Shown in pieces: positions 1 to 12,685 of a stretch of DNA of 64,000 nucleotides (positions are counted from its first letter, which is position 1; every line of letters starts with the position of its first letter). Location: contig NIVC01003422.1 in the NCBI GenBank assembly GCA_002269645.1, forward strand, positions 34,512 through 98,511, in the 5' to 3' direction. The notes below the pieces were generated by a model. It saw only the letters and a program-made list of their open reading frames with translations, was not told the origin of the DNA and made no database searches. This stretch comes from Macrostomum lignano (taxonomy: Eukaryota). The translations under genes were made by a program, and so were the position numbers.

Positions 1-1
1 G

Positions 2-3000
2 TGGAACAACACGGAGATGTCCGAGGACTGCCTCTACTTGAACGTGTGGACACCAGCTGAGAGCTCCGGGCAGCCCCTAGCCGTGATGGTTTGGATATAC
101 GGCGGCTCTTTCTGCACCGGCTCGGCCTCACTCGAAGTCTACGACGGAGCCATACTGGCCGCGAAGGGCGGGGTGGTGGTGGTGTCCATGCAGTACCGCA
201 CCGGCCCGCTTGGCTTCATGATGATGCACGACAGCGAGGCGCCCGGCAACATGGGGCTCACGGATCAGCTGATGGCCATGAAATGGGTCAACGCCAACAT
301 ACGGTGGGTCTGTTGTACTGCTACCCCTGCCACCACTTCCGCCAGTAGTTCCAACACTAACCATCTTGCCCCTGCACTACCTCACTCCCTGCCCCACCTC
401 ACTCCCTGCCCCACCTCACTCCCTGCCCCACCTCACTCCCTGCCCCACCTCACTCCCTGCCCCACCTCACTCCCTGCCCCACCTCACTCCCTGCCCCACC
501 TCACTCCCTGCCCCACCTCACTCCCTGCCCCACCTCACTCCCTGCCCCACCTCACTCCCTGCCCCACCTCACTCCCTGCCCCACCTCACTCCCTGCCCCA
601 CCTCACTCCCTGTCCCACCTCACTCCCTGCCCCACCTCACTCCCTGTCACCACCCCACTCCCTGCCCCACCTCACTCCCTGCCCCACCTCACTCCCTGCC
701 CCACCTCACTCCCTGCCCCACCTCACTCCCTGCCCCACCTCACTCCCTGCCCCACCTCACTCAACTCTATACATTAATGTGGCCAAGCAAACGGCACAAA
801 TCCCGCAGAAAATTCGGCGGCGACCCGGACCGAGTGACGCTTTTCGGCGAGTCAGCCGGCGCCGTGTCGGTGAATTTCCACATGATCTCGCCGTACTCGC
901 AGACTTATTTCCGCCGGGCAATAATGCAGAGCGCCACAGCGGTGGCCTGGTGGGCGGCCGAGAACCGCTACATGGGGGAGCTGCGCGCCAAGCGTCTGGC
1001 TGAATCGGTGGGCTGCTACTACAACGACAAAGACAAGGCGCGCGTTGTTGAATGCCTTCGACATGTCAGCGTGAAGAACATCCAGGAGGCGGCCGGGCAG
1101 ACCTCGTTAGACAGGGAGCAGCGACGAAACAACTACGCCATCTACAGGAACAGCAGCGGGCACGAGACCTACATGTACTTCGACCTGCGATTTCGGCCGG
1201 TGTTTGGCACCGACTTCTTGCCGTACGACCACACTACTGTCATCGAGATGGGCAACTTCAAGAAGACCGACGTGCTGCTTGGTGAGTGTTGAGCTTGTAA
1301 ATTTGCTTTGGTCATTGAGCTCGTGGGAATCGGGTGCATGACTGAATGGAAAATTACCCGAACGGAAAATTACCCGAACGGAAAATTACCCGAACGGAAA
1401 ATTACCCGAACGGAAAATTACCCGAACGGAAAATTACCCATAGTTACCCGAACGGAAAATTACCCGAACGGAAAATTACCCGAACGGAAAATTACCCATA
1501 GTTACCCGAACGGAAAATTACCCGAATGGAAAGTTACCCGAAAGGAAAGTTACCCAAAAGGAAAGTTACCCGAATAGAAAGTTACCCGAAAGGAAAGTTA
1601 CCCAAATGGAAAGTTACCCGAATGGAAAGTTACCCAAATGGAAAGTTACCCAAATGGAAAGTTACCCGAACGGAAAATTACCCGAACGGAAAATTACCCG
1701 AACGGAAAATTACCCATAGTTACCCGAACGGAAAATTACCCGAATGGAAAGTTACCCGAATGGAAAGTTACCCAAATGGAAAGTTACCCGAATGGAAAGT
1801 TACCCGAATGGAAAGTTACCCAAATGGAAAGTTACCCGAAAGGAAAGTTACCCAAATGGAATGTTACCCGAATAGAAAGTTACCCGAAAGGAAAGTTACC
1901 CAAATGGAAAGTTACCCGAATGGAAAGTTACCCAAATGGAAAGTTACCCGAACGGAAAATTACCCGAACGGAAAATTACCCGAACGGAAAATTACCCGAA
2001 TGGAAAGTTACCCGAAAGGAAAGTTACCCAAATGGAAAGTTACCCAAATGGAAAGTTACCCGAATGGAAAGTTACCCAAATGGAAAGTTACCCGAAAGGA
2101 AAGTTACCCAAATGGAAAGTTACCCGAATAGAAAGTTACCCGAAAGGAAAGTTACCCAAATGGAAAGTTACCCGAATGGAAAGTTACCCAAAAGGAAAGT
2201 TACCCGAATGGAAAGTTACCCAAATGGAAAGTTACCCGAATGGAAAATTACCCGAACGGAAAATTACCCGAACGGAAAATTACCCGAACGGAAAATTACC
2301 CGAACAGAAAGTTACCCGAAAGGAAAGTTACCCAAATGGAAAGTTACCCGAATGGAAAGTTACCCAAAAGGAAAGTTACCCGAATGGAAAGTTACCCAAA
2401 TGGAAAGTTACCCGAATGGAAAGTTACCTGAATGGAAAGTTACCCAAAAGGAAAGTTACCCGAAAGGAAAGTTACCCGAATGGAAAGTTACCCGAATGGA
2501 AAGTTACCCGAAAGGAAAGTTACCCGAAAGGAAAGTTACCCAAATGGAAAGTTACCCGAATGGAAAGTTACCCAAATGGAAAGTTACCCGAATGGAAAGT
2601 TACCCGAATGGAAAGTTACCCGAAAGGAAAGTTACCCAAATGGAAAGCTACCAAAATAGAAAGTTACCCAAATGGAAAGTTACCCAAAAGGAAAGTTACC
2701 CGAATGGAAAGTTACCCGAATGGAAAGTTACCCGAATGGAAAGCTACCAAAATAGAAAGTTACCCAAATGGAAAGTTACCCAAAAGGAAAGTTACCCGAA
2801 TGGAAAGTTACCCGAATGGAAAGTTACCCGAATGGAAAGTTACCCGAATGGAAAGTTACAATTTCTATTCCAGCTACCTAAACTAACCAGGTGCCAAATA
2901 AAGGCCAGCTAAATTTAGCATTCCGTGTCGCCCCCCCCCATTGGCAAAAAGGAGACGGAAAGACCAGGACAAGAGCCTTCCTTTCTTCAATGCCCTTTTC

Positions 3001-6000
3001 TCCTTCGAAAATAGGCACCCCAGTTCGAATGTCGCCGAACCCGCCCCCCCCCCCAGAACCCTGTCGCTATCCGCCAGTCAGTCCTTGTGTCAGGTAAAAA
3101 TTCTAACCAATTTCCATCTCCAACCCGGGTGAACCAACGGGCCATTCTAGGGCTAACAAGAGGACCAACGAATTAAGGAAGAAAATTGGGAATCCAAATG
3201 AATGGTGAAAAAATCTGATTTTTGACGAACTGGCTGGACAAGGCTGTTTGGGAAAGTGCAAACAGGATTTTATTGAGATGAAATTCAATCCAATTACTCT
3301 AATCAGTCACTCTAATCAGTCACTCTAATCAGTCACTCTAATCAGTCACTCTAATCAGTCACTCTAATCAGTCACTCTAATCAGTCACTCTAATCAGTCA
3401 CTCTAATCAGTGACTCCACCAGAGCACTCGCCCTCAAGCTCCCACTAACACAGCCAGCCCCGCCGTCGCCCGCAGGTGTCATGAAGGACGAAGGCGTGTT
3501 CTGGATCATGTACGCCCTCGCCAGGCTGTTCCTGCAGGACAACAACTGGTCGCTGCCAGCCCACTGGGGTCAGCCGAGGTCACCAGCGGGCTCCCGGCCG
3601 CAGGCATTCGAGCACGACCCCTACAACCTGGTCGCGCAGTACTTCACCCTCAGCAACAACATCAACGACAGGCTGGTGGACTCCGTGGCCTTCGAATACC
3701 AGGTGCCCTCGAAGCAGTTCGGCTTCGAGCACTGGACCAGCGAGGACGTGCTCAACGCATTCGACGATCTGACCAGCGACCGAAGCTTCAAGTGCCCGAC
3801 AATGGACTTCGCCGATAATTACACTGACCGGCTGCTAGAGCTGGGAGACAGAGTGCACAAGCTGTGGGTGTACACCTTCAACCACAGGACCGAGCAGCTG
3901 CCGCTGCCCGCCTGGACCGGAGCGATGCACGGCTACGAGCTGGAGTACATCTTCGGCATGCCGTTCGATGCCGAGTTCCAGCGGAAATTCTACGCCTTCA
4001 GCGACCTGGAGAGAACGCTGAGTGAGGACGTCATCCGGTTCTGGTCGAACTTCGCCAAGACAGGGTGAGTTTTGGGGAGGGTTACAGGAAGGAGGGCCGC
4101 GGTAAGACTCCGAAATAAATAGGAAAGAGGGCAGTTATTGTGGGTGAGCCTCAGGAATAAACAGGAAGGAGGGCAATTATGGTGGGTGAGCCTCAGGAAT
4201 AAACAGGAAGGAGGGCAATTATGGTGGGTGAGCCTCAGGAATAAACAGGAAGGAGGGCAATTATGGTGGGTGAGCCTCAGGAATAAACAGGAAGGAGGGC
4301 AATTATGGTGGGTGAGCCTCAGGAATAAACAGGAAGGAGGGCAATTATGGTGGGTGAGCCTCAGGAATAAACAGGAAGGAGGGCAATTATGGTGGGTGAG
4401 CCTCAGGAATAAACAGGAAGGAGGGCAATGGTGGATGAGCCTCAGAAATAAACAGGAAGGAGGGCAATTATGGTGGGTGAGCCTCAGGAATAAACAGGAA
4501 GGAGGGCAATGGTGGATGAGCCTCAGGAATAAACAGGAAGGAGGGCAATTATGGTGAGTGAGCCTCGGAAATAAGCAGGAAGGAGGGTAGCGGTGAATCT
4601 CAGAAATAAACAGGAAGGAGGGCAATGGTGGGTGAACCTCAGAAATAAACAGGAAGGAGGGCAGCGGCGACCTCCCAAGAAGGAGAATGCCTTGATTTCA
4701 ATCTAGGTGACGGATGCCTTCGAAATGGCAGTGAATAGACCGGTTTAAGGATAAGCTGAGGAAACCTTGGAATCAGTGCGACTGCTTTGAAGTGGCCCTG
4801 CCACTTCATGACAAATTCTGGGTGGTGTGAAATGCTTCTACGCTCCCCCTGTCTATAAACAAAGTATTCTATTGGCAAGCACAAGTGGAAGTGGGAATAC
4901 TGAATTGATTTAGATAGTTCTGACGACCTGCTGACAATGTCAAACAACAGGCAGCTAAGTAAGCAGGAGACAATCAATAAGCAGGTGAGACGGAGGGATT
5001 CAGCTGAGGCCACAGAAATTGATTGAAAGGAAGACAAGGTGAAATAAAGAACTCTTAGTCATTGATTGTCACATTTCTAGCGCACAAATATTTGATGAGT
5101 AGTCCCAACCGGGGGTCCTGGGAGGCTGTATCACCTCACCTCCCCTGTTCTCCTATTTAACCTTCAACAATTTTTATTCCCATAGCAACCCAAACCAGGC
5201 CGACTCGAACTCTGGACCAGTCAAAGAGGCGTTCATGACCTGGCCGCAATACCGCAGGTACAACAGGTCGCACCTTGTGCTGGACATCAAGAGGGGCGTG
5301 AATTACGAGAAGGGCAGCAACTTGAGAAGGCGGCAGTGCCAGTTCTGGCAGAGGATCGACCGAATCAGGAGGAAGATGATCGAAGAAGGTGAGAGGGCTT
5401 ATGGTGCACCCACACTGTCTCTATGGTGCACCCAGCTGTCTCTATGGTGCACCCACACTGTCTCTATGGTGCACCCAGCTGTCTCTATGGTGCACCCAGC
5501 TGTCTCTATGGTGCACCCACACTGTCTCTATGGTGCATCCACACCGTCTCCAAAAGCCAAAATTTCTGTTTTAAGATCCCTGCGATTTGATGGCTTAATT
5601 GATGGAGCTCAATTACGGTGACAAACGCTCTGCTTCCACAAGCATCTCAACTGCCACATGCAATGAACAAAAGAAACACGCGGCCGCCTACGCTATTTAA
5701 GGCTTTCGCAACCCGTAAGCTCAGATTTCAAAAACCAGCGGTTGCCGAGTTCTCACGGTTGCTTGACGGCAACACTACGTGACCCCCCCCCTGTCCCACA
5801 CGCAGCCAGCTTCCTTCATCTGACTTAGCAGTCTCCGGGTCACGCAGTTGTCCCTTGGAGACTTCAGTCTCTTCTCTCTTCTCTCCATTCTTCTTTCTTG
5901 CCAACCCCCGCCCCTCACCATATCGCTTTACAACGCAAATCTTCGGATTGCTGAATCATCTTTCCTACTGAGCTTCCGATTTCTTAGAATGAGGATTTTG

Positions 6001-9000
6001 CTTTTAATCCGGATCTGCTGAATTTGAATCAAGAATATCTTTTCTCTTTTCAGCCTACTCTGTATCATAATCTGCTTTGTGGAGTCACACTGCTCTGTGA
6101 GGAGTCACACTGCTCTGCGGGGGAGTCACACTGCTCTGCGGGGGAGTCACACTGCTCTGTGGGGGAGTCACACTGCTCTGTGGGGGAGTCACACTGCTCT
6201 GCGGGGGAGTCACACTGCTCTGCGGGGGAGTCACACTGCTCTGCGGGGGAGTCACACTGCTCTGCAGGGGAGTCACACTGCTCTGCGGGGGAGTCACACT
6301 GCTCTGCGGGGGAGTCACACTGCTCTGCGGGGGAGTCACACTGCTCTGTGGGGGAGTCACACTGCTCTGCGGGGGAGTCACACTGCTCTGCGGGGGAGTC
6401 ACACTGCTCTGCGGGGGAGTCACACTGCTCTGCGGGGGAGTCACACTGCTCTGCGGGGGAGTCACACTGCTCTGCGGGGGAGTGACACTGCTCTGTGGGA
6501 GACACATTGGTCTGTGGGGAGTCACACTGGTCTGTGGGGTGTCACACTGGTCTGTGGGGAGTCACACTGGTCTGTGGGAGTCACACTGGTCTTTGGGAGT
6601 CACACTGGTTTAAGTGGAGTCACACTGGTCTTTGGGAGTCACACTGGTTTAAGTGGAGTCACACTGGTTTGGGGAGAGTCACATTGGTCTGTGGGGAGTC
6701 ACATTGATATGGGCAATCTGCAATACATATGACAATACATATGATATACTTATTTTTCTATCACATGCGAGCATTACTGAGGTATCTACAGAGACAAGAA
6801 TCCACAGAAAAGAAATTCCAATGCAGGCACAGGCACAAACCCAGGCACACACACAGGCACAAATCTAAGCACAAACACATGCACAGACACAGGCACAGAC
6901 ACAGACACACACAGGCACACACAGGCACACACACAGGCACACACACAGGCACACACAGGCACACACACAGGCACACACACAGGCACACACACAGGCACAC
7001 ACAGGCACACACACAGACACACACAGGCACACACACAGGCACACATAGGCACACACAGACACACACAGGCACACACAGGCACACACAGGCACACACAGGC
7101 ACACACACAGGCACACACAGGCACACACACAGGCACACATAGGCACACACAGACACACACAGGCACACACAGGCACACACAGGCACACACACAGACACAC
7201 ACAGGCACACACACAGGCACACACAGGCACACACAGACACACACAGGCACACACACAGGCACACACAGGCACACACAGGCACACACACAGGCACACACAC
7301 AGGCACACACAGGCACACACAGACACACACAGGCACACACAGACACACACAGGCACACACAGGCACACACAGACACACACAGACACACACAGGCACACAC
7401 AGGCACACACAGACACACAGGCACACACAGGCACACACAGGCACACACAGGCACACACACAGGCACACACACACACACACACACAGGCACACACACAGGC
7501 ACACACAGACACACTTGTCCCGAACCAAAGTTCACCCAAAGTTTGTTGCGAGGGGAGCACAGGGAAGGGAGTGGCGTTGCGATTGATCCCATCTCCCTGC
7601 CAGAGGGGGGGGGGCAGCTGAGCAAGGCCTGGAGACTCCGTGGCCGCAGCGCCAGTTGCTCAAGTGTGTTATGATCTAAATTTAGATGCACACGCGAATA
7701 TCGATATCGGGAGTTTGCGGTTCGGGCGGATGATGTCCAGCAGCAGGCCGATGCTGGCGTGCCCGTCACCCGCTTCCAACGTGTTTTCACTGCTGGCAGC
7801 GGCGAGGTGGGGACGGGACTGACGCCCCAAGCAAGCCAGCAGCTCAGACCTTGAGATCAAATCGAGCCCCGACAAGCAGGTCTCGTTTAGCGCCAGAAAA
7901 AAGCATAATGATTTTTTCTAGGGATAAATTTAGAAAAACAGCTGGTGGGAGGCAGGAAAAAACTTCTGAGTAGAAAATGGACGTTAGGCCAAGAGAGGAG
8001 AGAAAAATGAAGACGAAGGAGAGGAGAGGAGAGGAGAGGAGAGGAGAGGAGAGGAGAGGAGAGGAGAGGAGAGGAGAGGAGAGGAGAGGAGAGGAGAGGA
8101 GAGGAGAGGAGAGGAGAGGAGAGGAGAGGAGAGGAGAGGAGAGGAGAGGAGAGGAGAGGAGAGGAGAGGAGAGGAGAGGAGAGGAAAATAGAGGGGAGGA
8201 GAGGAAAATAGAGGGGAGGAGAGGAAAATAGAGGGGAGAAGAAGATATTGAGGGAGAAAGATTTCAGAGATAGACAGACTTAGGGGCGCCCTCATCAGGG
8301 GCAGTAAGGTGGCAGGAGTCCAGCAAACAGAGAGAACAGACACACAAAGTCAGAGTTGCAGAGCTGCAGCGGCAGGCAAATTGTGTTTTCTCGCTCAAAT
8401 CGAATATCCGAGGGCTGGCCTCCTTCTGTAAGCTCTTTATCCCCCTCTGCTGCAGCGCCCAGGACCAGCCACCCAAACAAGTTGTGTGTTTTTTCTAGCG
8501 CCTCTTCAAGGAAGCACGGCCAGCGTAGCTGTGCGAAACTCGATTTTGTGCTGTGCAGTGCGTGCGCACCGAACTGATGGGCGAACTCACTTCAGGGATC
8601 CAAAACAGCTTGGAATTGAGAATAGAAAAGCGAAATACTTGTGAAAACTCCCACACTGACTCAAATTGACCTTCTTTAAGAAGACTGTTGAACCTCCAGA
8701 TCCTAAATGACCCCCTTTTGAAGGACCGTCAACCCTCCAGATCCTAAATGACCCCCTTTTGAAGGACCGTCAACCCTCCAGATCCTAAATGACCCCCTTT
8801 TGAAGGACCGTCAACCCTCCAGATCCTAAATGACCCCCTTTTGAAGGACTCTCGATCCTCCAGATCCTAAATGACCCCCTTTCGAACTTTAGCTCCCCTC
8901 AATCTTGAATGACCGCTTTAGCATGCACTTTTAGCCTCCCGGAACCTTAACAATTCCAGTATGAGGGATTTCTCCCGCACTCTATTATCCTTAGAGATCC

Positions 9001-10180
9001 TTATTACTGAAAGCTCGGGACAGAAAGCAGCGCCGGACCCAGGGCTCAGAGTTTCCCCAGTCACCTCCCCGCTGAGCAAGTCGATAAATTCGAATTTGAA
9101 ATGTTTGCACTGGAATCGCGTGGGAGTGGGCGGGGAGAGGAGAGACGAGAGAGAGGGGGAAGAGGGGAGTTGCTGGGGCTGGGGGGACTTGGGGCTGGGG
9201 GGGGGACTCGGGGCTGGGCCTTATCAATTGCCGACTGTAATGAAGTGACGAAGCGACTTCCCAGTCTCCCCGAGAGGCTTTCCCAGAAAGTGAAATAGTT
9301 CTCGTCATTATCAACATTGGCCGACTTAATCTGGCGCGTTAAGGGGCACAGGGGGATCAGAGCTGGAGACATGATGAATGTCTGCAAAATATCAAATAGA
9401 CTCGCACAGTTTTATAGCCAGGTATTAAGTATATTATTTTACATGGCCAATATTTGCAGAACAGCTGATGCTAAACCGTTAGCGATAGGGTTTAAAAAAT
9501 CACAAAAACTGTCAGATGTGATTTATTGATTGGGAGCTCAAATTTAATTAGAAGACTCTGAGCGGGTAATCGCGGCAACTTCATTGAAGATAACTTGGGA
9601 GAAATTCCCCTCATGATTTCGGTATCCATGTAAGAAATTCTCCCATGATTTATGTGCAAACTTAACGAAAAATCCCCCCATTCTCATCTGTCTATCCTTG
9701 CGAGAAATTCCCCTTGTTTATCTACGCATCCTTGCGAGAAATTCCCCTTGTTTATCTACGCATCCTTGCGAGAAATTCCCTTTGTTTATCTACGCATCCT
9801 TGCGAGAAATTCCCCCTTTTTATCTAGGCATCCTTGCAAGAAATTCCCCTTGTTTATCTAAGCATTCTTGCGAGAAATTCCCCTTGTTTATCTAAGCATT
9901 CTTGCGAGAAATTCCCTTTGTTTATCTACGCATCCTTGCGAGAAATCCCCCTTGTTTATCTACGCATCCTTGCGAGAAATTCCCTTTATTTATCTATCTA
10001 GGCATCCTTGTGAGAAATTCCTCTTGTTTATCTACGCCTGACCTGTTTGCAGGCAAATGGTGCCCCAAGACGGTTGTCAGCGGATCTGCTGTCACCGCCG
10101 TCACGGCGCCGCCTTCGTGGACACCGGGGCTCGCCGCAGCGGCCTCGACCTGGCTGCTGGTCCTGACCGCGACAGCCTAA
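2..10180 (+). CDS. ache: Acetylcholinesterase-like type-B carboxylesterase, 5' part outside the window, probable GPI-anchored form
   Basis: Exons 2-303, 809-1281, 3476-4064, 5186-5388, 10053-10180; all introns GT..AG with consistent phases (1695 nt in window). Motifs: [16 protein letters not shown] (Ser codon 852-854), KDEG (Glu 3490-3492), [11 protein letters not shown] (His 3928-3930), [15 protein letters not shown]. Last exon has a Cys plus a hydrophobic tail. The last exon is the least certain. Confidence 0.92.
371..762. repeat. 17-bp minisatellite (CCTCACTCCCTGCCCCA)n in an AChE intron
   Basis: Direct reading; the ORF track shows a 17-aa period. Confidence 0.95.
1344..2859. repeat. 16-bp minisatellite (ACCCGAAYGGAAARTT)n in an AChE intron
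   Basis: About 95 copies; 16-aa period in all three frames. Confidence 0.95.
3293..3411. repeat. 13-bp tandem repeat (CACTCTAATCAGT)n
   Basis: About 9 copies shortly upstream of the 3476 acceptor. Confidence 0.9.
4137..4662. repeat. 42-bp minisatellite (GGTGGGTGAGCCTCAGGAATAAACAGGAAGGAGGGCAATTAT)n
   Basis: About 12 copies; 14-aa period in the ORF track. Confidence 0.95.
5399..5541. repeat. 21-22-bp tandem repeat (CTATGGTGCACCCAGCTGTCT-like)
   Basis: About 6 copies right after the 5388 donor. Confidence 0.9.
6078..6708. repeat. 21-bp minisatellite (GGGAGTCACACTGCTCTGCGG)n
   Basis: 7-aa period; units diverge toward the 3' end. Confidence 0.95.
6826..7513. repeat. CA-rich microsatellite (CACACAGG/CACACAGA)n
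   Basis: Direct reading. Confidence 0.95.
8019..8237. repeat. (GAGGA)n pentanucleotide microsatellite
   Basis: Direct reading. Confidence 0.95.
8693..8881. repeat. 41-bp tandem repeat (CCTCCAGATCCTAAATGACCCCCTTTTGAAGGACCGTCAAC)
   Basis: About 4.5 copies. Confidence 0.9.
9696..10036. repeat. 34-bp tandem repeat (CTTGCGAGAAATTCCCCTTGTTTATCTACGCATC)n
   Basis: About 10 copies, ending just before the 10053 acceptor. Confidence 0.9.
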
Positions 10181-10396
10181 GCGGCAATCGGCAGACCACT
10201 GCTTTTATTACATAACCCATTTAGACTTATTAATATTATAACTAGGACTAACTTTAAATAGACTTTATCTACAATTTGCTATTTGTTTTCAGTCTGTCAA
10301 TTCGATGTTAAGCCTGTTGTCCATTTTGTTGCTTTAGTCCGATGTTTCTTGATATGCAGAGCTCAGAGACTTTTGTACATTAGGTATGTACAGTGG

Positions 10397-10918
10397 GAGA
10401 TGTAGGGATGCGGGAGATGCGGGAGAATAGGGAGATGCTACAGTGGATAATGAGATGCTGCAGTGGATAAGGGAGATGCTACAGTGGATAAGGGAGATGC
10501 TACAGTGGATAATGAGATGCTGCAGTGGATAAGGGAGATGCTACAGTGGATAGGGGAGATGCTACAGTGGATAGGGGAGATGCTATAGTGGATAGGGGAG
10601 ATGCTACAGTGGATAGGGGAGATGCTACAGTGGATAAGGGAGATGTTACAGTGGATAGGGGAGATGCTACAGTGGATAGGGGAGATGCTACAGTGGATAG
10701 GGGAGATGCTACAGTGGATAGGGGAGATGCTACAGTGGATAGGGGAGATGCTACAGTGGATAGGGGAGATGCTATAGTGGATAGGGGAGATGCTATAGTG
10801 GATAGGGGAGATGCTATAGTGGATAGGGGAGATGCTACAGTGGATAGGGGAGATGCTACAGTGGATAGGGGAGATGCTACAGTGGATAGGGGAGATGCTA
10901 CAGTGGATAGGGGAGATG
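10397..10918. repeat. 21-bp minisatellite (GGGAGATGCTACAGTGGATAG)n
   Basis: Direct reading. Confidence 0.95.
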
Positions 10919-11704
10919 GTGTGGGGATTGAGTCATAGTAAGTGAGCAGTTAACTTGGCCACACACGCGAATGGCCCAATGGGGACTAATAGCATAACTA
11001 AATCGAAAAGTAATTAAAAGTGACAGAGAGTGAAATGTCTCCCAAATTAGCTGACAATTTCTCTTCCCTACTTCATCAATCCAGCCACTCCAGTTCCAAG
11101 TACAGAAGCCAATTAAAAATGTATTCGAGAGAAATTACCACCGCTGAGCATCTGGACTGAAGCAAATAATAAAAATGTCGGACTAATAATACTACTCACC
11201 GATTCGCCTGATCAGTAGTTTAAATGATGAATACTCATTCGTTAATCAATTTCCTGTTAGTTAATCTTTAATTTATTGCTTCTAATAACTGTAAATGCCT
11301 AGTGATACTATACCAATTTAACTGTAAACTGCCCAAACTGTTAAAAGCTTTTAATTGAAATTCACCTGCCAAAAGCCAAGTCTCCCGCAGGCCCAGAGCA
11401 ATCAATTCATGTCCACCCAAAACAGGTGAGGAAACTAGCATTGGCTGGAAAAAATGTTACAATTTATCAATCATCAATATTGGCGAAATATACGAACCAA
11501 TTAACTATTGCTTCTTTGCAGCTTATTATTCGAAATTTATCAATTTAATATTTCGATTCGCTAATTAACTACTTGATTAGACCAGTAGACCACAGAACTT
11601 ACACAGAATGCTCAATCAGTCTATGTATATGACTCCGAAATGCAAGTTCTGTGCAAGAGACAGAGGATTGACCGATATTACGAGTATATACTGAATGTAC
11701 ACGG

Positions 11705-12685
11705 GGGACAGCGGGGGCTGACTAATGGAATGTACACAAGTGACAGTGGGGGGCTGACTAATACAATGTACAGAAGGGACAGTGGGGGGCTGACTAATAC
11801 AATGTACAGAAGGGACAGTGGGGGCTAACTAATACAATGTACAGAAGGGACAGTGGGGGGCTGACTAATACAATGTACAGAAGGGACAGTGGGGGCTGAC
11901 TAATACAATGTACAGAAGGGAGAGGGCTGACTAATTCAATGTACAGAAGGGACAGTGGGGGCTGACTAATACAATGTACAGAAGGGACAGTGGGGAGCTG
12001 ACTGACTAATACAATGTACAGAAGGGACAGTGGGGGGCTGACTAATACAATGTACAGAAGGGACAGTGGGGGGGCTAACTGATACAATGTGACGTGTTGG
12101 GGGGTTGTCGCTGACTGGCTAGCTATTAAACTTTGACTCATTTTGTACCCTGCTTTCCATGCCAAGCGTGCACCCCACTCATGCGTACATAACGTACTTT
12201 CTACTCTAAATTTTATCGATAACTCAAATATCGTTTTATACCACTTCGTATTTAAATAACTGAAACTAGCTTTTCTTCGTTGTGATTTTCTTACTCAGCA
12301 AATATATCAGTTCGCTGCATTATCGTTCAAACTAAAACAAGTCTTGTCCGCGTCGCGTCACAATGTACAGAAGGGACAATGGGGGGCTGACTAATGGAAT
12401 GTAAACAAGGGAGAGAGGCTGACTAATATAATACACATGGGAGACAGAGGGGGGTGACTGATAGAATGTACACGGGGACAGAGGGGGGTGACTAATAGAA
12501 TGTACACGGAGACAGAGGGGGGAGGGGGGTGACTAAAAGAATGTACACGGAGACAGAGGGGGTGACTAATAGAATGTACACGGGAGACAGAGGGGGCTGA
12601 CTAATAGAATGCACACGGGAGACAGAGGGGGGTGACTAATAGAATGTACACGGGGGACAGAGGGGACTGACTAATAGAATGCACA
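11705..12685. repeat. About 36-bp minisatellite (CTGACTAATACAATGTACAGAAGGGACAGTGGGGGG), interrupted by an insertion at 12090-12360
   Basis: Direct reading; units right of the insertion are a diverged variant. Confidence 0.9.
12090..12360. mobile_element. Candidate solo LTR (271 bp) inserted into a minisatellite
   Basis: Termini TGACG...CGTCA (TG..CA, short inverted repeat), flanked by a 5-bp duplication CAATG (12085-12089, 12361-12365) of the host repeat unit. Confidence 0.55.

Noticed and set aside
1308-2912. Long ORFs of 200-424 aa (YPNGKLP repeats)
   Set aside because: Translations of a 16-bp intronic satellite, open in several frames.
6024-7790. Cys/Val-rich or His/Thr-rich ORFs
   Set aside because: Products of the 21-bp and CA-rich repeats in an AChE intron.
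7560-7880. GC-rich unique segment in the AChE intron as a nested gene or alternative exon
   Set aside because: No recognisable motif and no convincing in-phase splice pair.
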